From positions 40,486,001-40,550,000 of the forward strand of contig OZ320314.1 in the NCBI GenBank assembly GCA_976226885.1: DNA of 64,000 bases. The letters run 5' to 3'. This document shows, piece by piece, positions 63,497 through 64,000 of the stretch. The notes below the pieces were generated by a model, which saw nothing but the letters and a program-made list of their open reading frames with translations, searched no databases and was not told the DNA's origin. Origin of the DNA: Iphione sp. A-MEVVRFRX5 (lineage: Eukaryota). Numbering within the stretch: the stretch's first letter is position 1; each line of letters starts with the position of its first letter. A program made the position numbers and the translations under genes.

Positions 63497-63689
63497 CATT
63501 GAGTGCTACCGAGTCAAGTAACCAGCCTTCCACACTGCTTGCCTTATAACTGCTCTGTAGTTTGTTCTGTTGCTATGGTGAGAAGTTTGTTAAGGTCTCA
63601 CTATACTGTCTGCAGTGGTGGAATTCTTTATTTAAATAAATTGTACTTCTATAACACGGTTTCGACTATGTCTCATCAGGCACTCATTG
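63497..63689 (-). ncRNA. Type I hammerhead ribozyme in the 3' region of the Penelope-like element
   Basis: Minus strand: stem I CAAUGAGUGC, core CUGAUGA (63679-73), stem II GAC-AUA-GUC, GAAA (63663-60), stem III CCG(U)GUUA pairing with UGAC(U)CGG, triplet GUA (63509-07), then stem I' GCACUCAAUG. Confidence 0.75.
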
Positions 63690-63806
63690 TGTGTGGTTCT
63701 CTTACTTGAAGGATATAAAGTGACAAATTATTGTTATCTGTATGGTATTATTTACCCATTCTGAAACCTTCCAGACTGGGTAATTTTTACGATGAGGCTA
63801 GTTCCT

Positions 63807-64000
63807 TCAAGTGAGTTCTCCATCTTGGATGTTGAGGCCATATGGGGCCATTGTCCCTAATCTTGCTATCCATTGTATTTCCAGTCTGTTTCGTATATCT
63901 TTGGATCGTTCATCTTTGGGACTCAGGTGGATATATTCTAATACACTTATTCTTATCGTGTGATCTGCTTTGTTGAAGTGTTCAGTCACTAGATTCTTGC
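63807..64000 (-). CDS. C-terminus of a Penelope-like element ORF (GIY-YIG endonuclease end); continues beyond the window
   Basis: KNLVTEHFNKADH...ISVLE...RNRLEIQWIARLGTMAPYGLN matches the HF..H...E..WI..L.T..P.GLN signature of PLE GIY-YIG domains. Confidence 0.88.
   Translation of the reverse strand, partial: KNLVTEHFNKADHTIRISVLEYIHLSPKDERSKDIRNRLEIQWIARLGTMAPYGLNIQDGELT

Noticed and set aside
1-64000. CRISPR arrays, rRNA or genuine tRNA genes, prokaryotic operons
   Set aside because: None seen; the window is eukaryotic, and the only tRNA-like sequence is a SINE head lacking a proper acceptor stem.

Overview
This is a metazoan (invertebrate-type) genomic window: AT-rich, rich in introns and transposons, with one assembly gap (39443-39601). 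I found no rRNA, intact tRNA or CRISPR features. Two spliced host genes lie tail-to-tail about 2.7 kb apart. (1) A GRD-like Cys-loop GABA-receptor-family subunit on + (9 coding exons, 11723-18638; signal-peptide exon unresolved) whose M2 pore sequence is unusual (A-D-R at -2'..0', Met at 6'). (2) A 5-exon class C beta-lactamase/penicillin-binding-protein-like serine hydrolase on - (40070-21335, about 762 aa) with intact SxxK/YxN/HTG motifs and hydrophobic N- and C-termini. The rest is mobile DNA: the 3' end of a Gypsy-type LTR element with an unassigned accessory ORF, an apparently intact APE-RT LINE nested in an older LINE, several LINE relics, MITEs, a tRNA-derived SINE, a DIRS/Ngaro relic split by a TA-flanked TIR element, and a Penelope-like GIY-YIG 3' end. 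That Penelope end is followed by a complete type I hammerhead ribozyme core whose stem III closes a roughly 135-nt loop. A degraded matrix-metalloproteinase pseudogene lies near 59.9-61.2 kb. Family assignments come from motif recognition by eye; no database searches were run.
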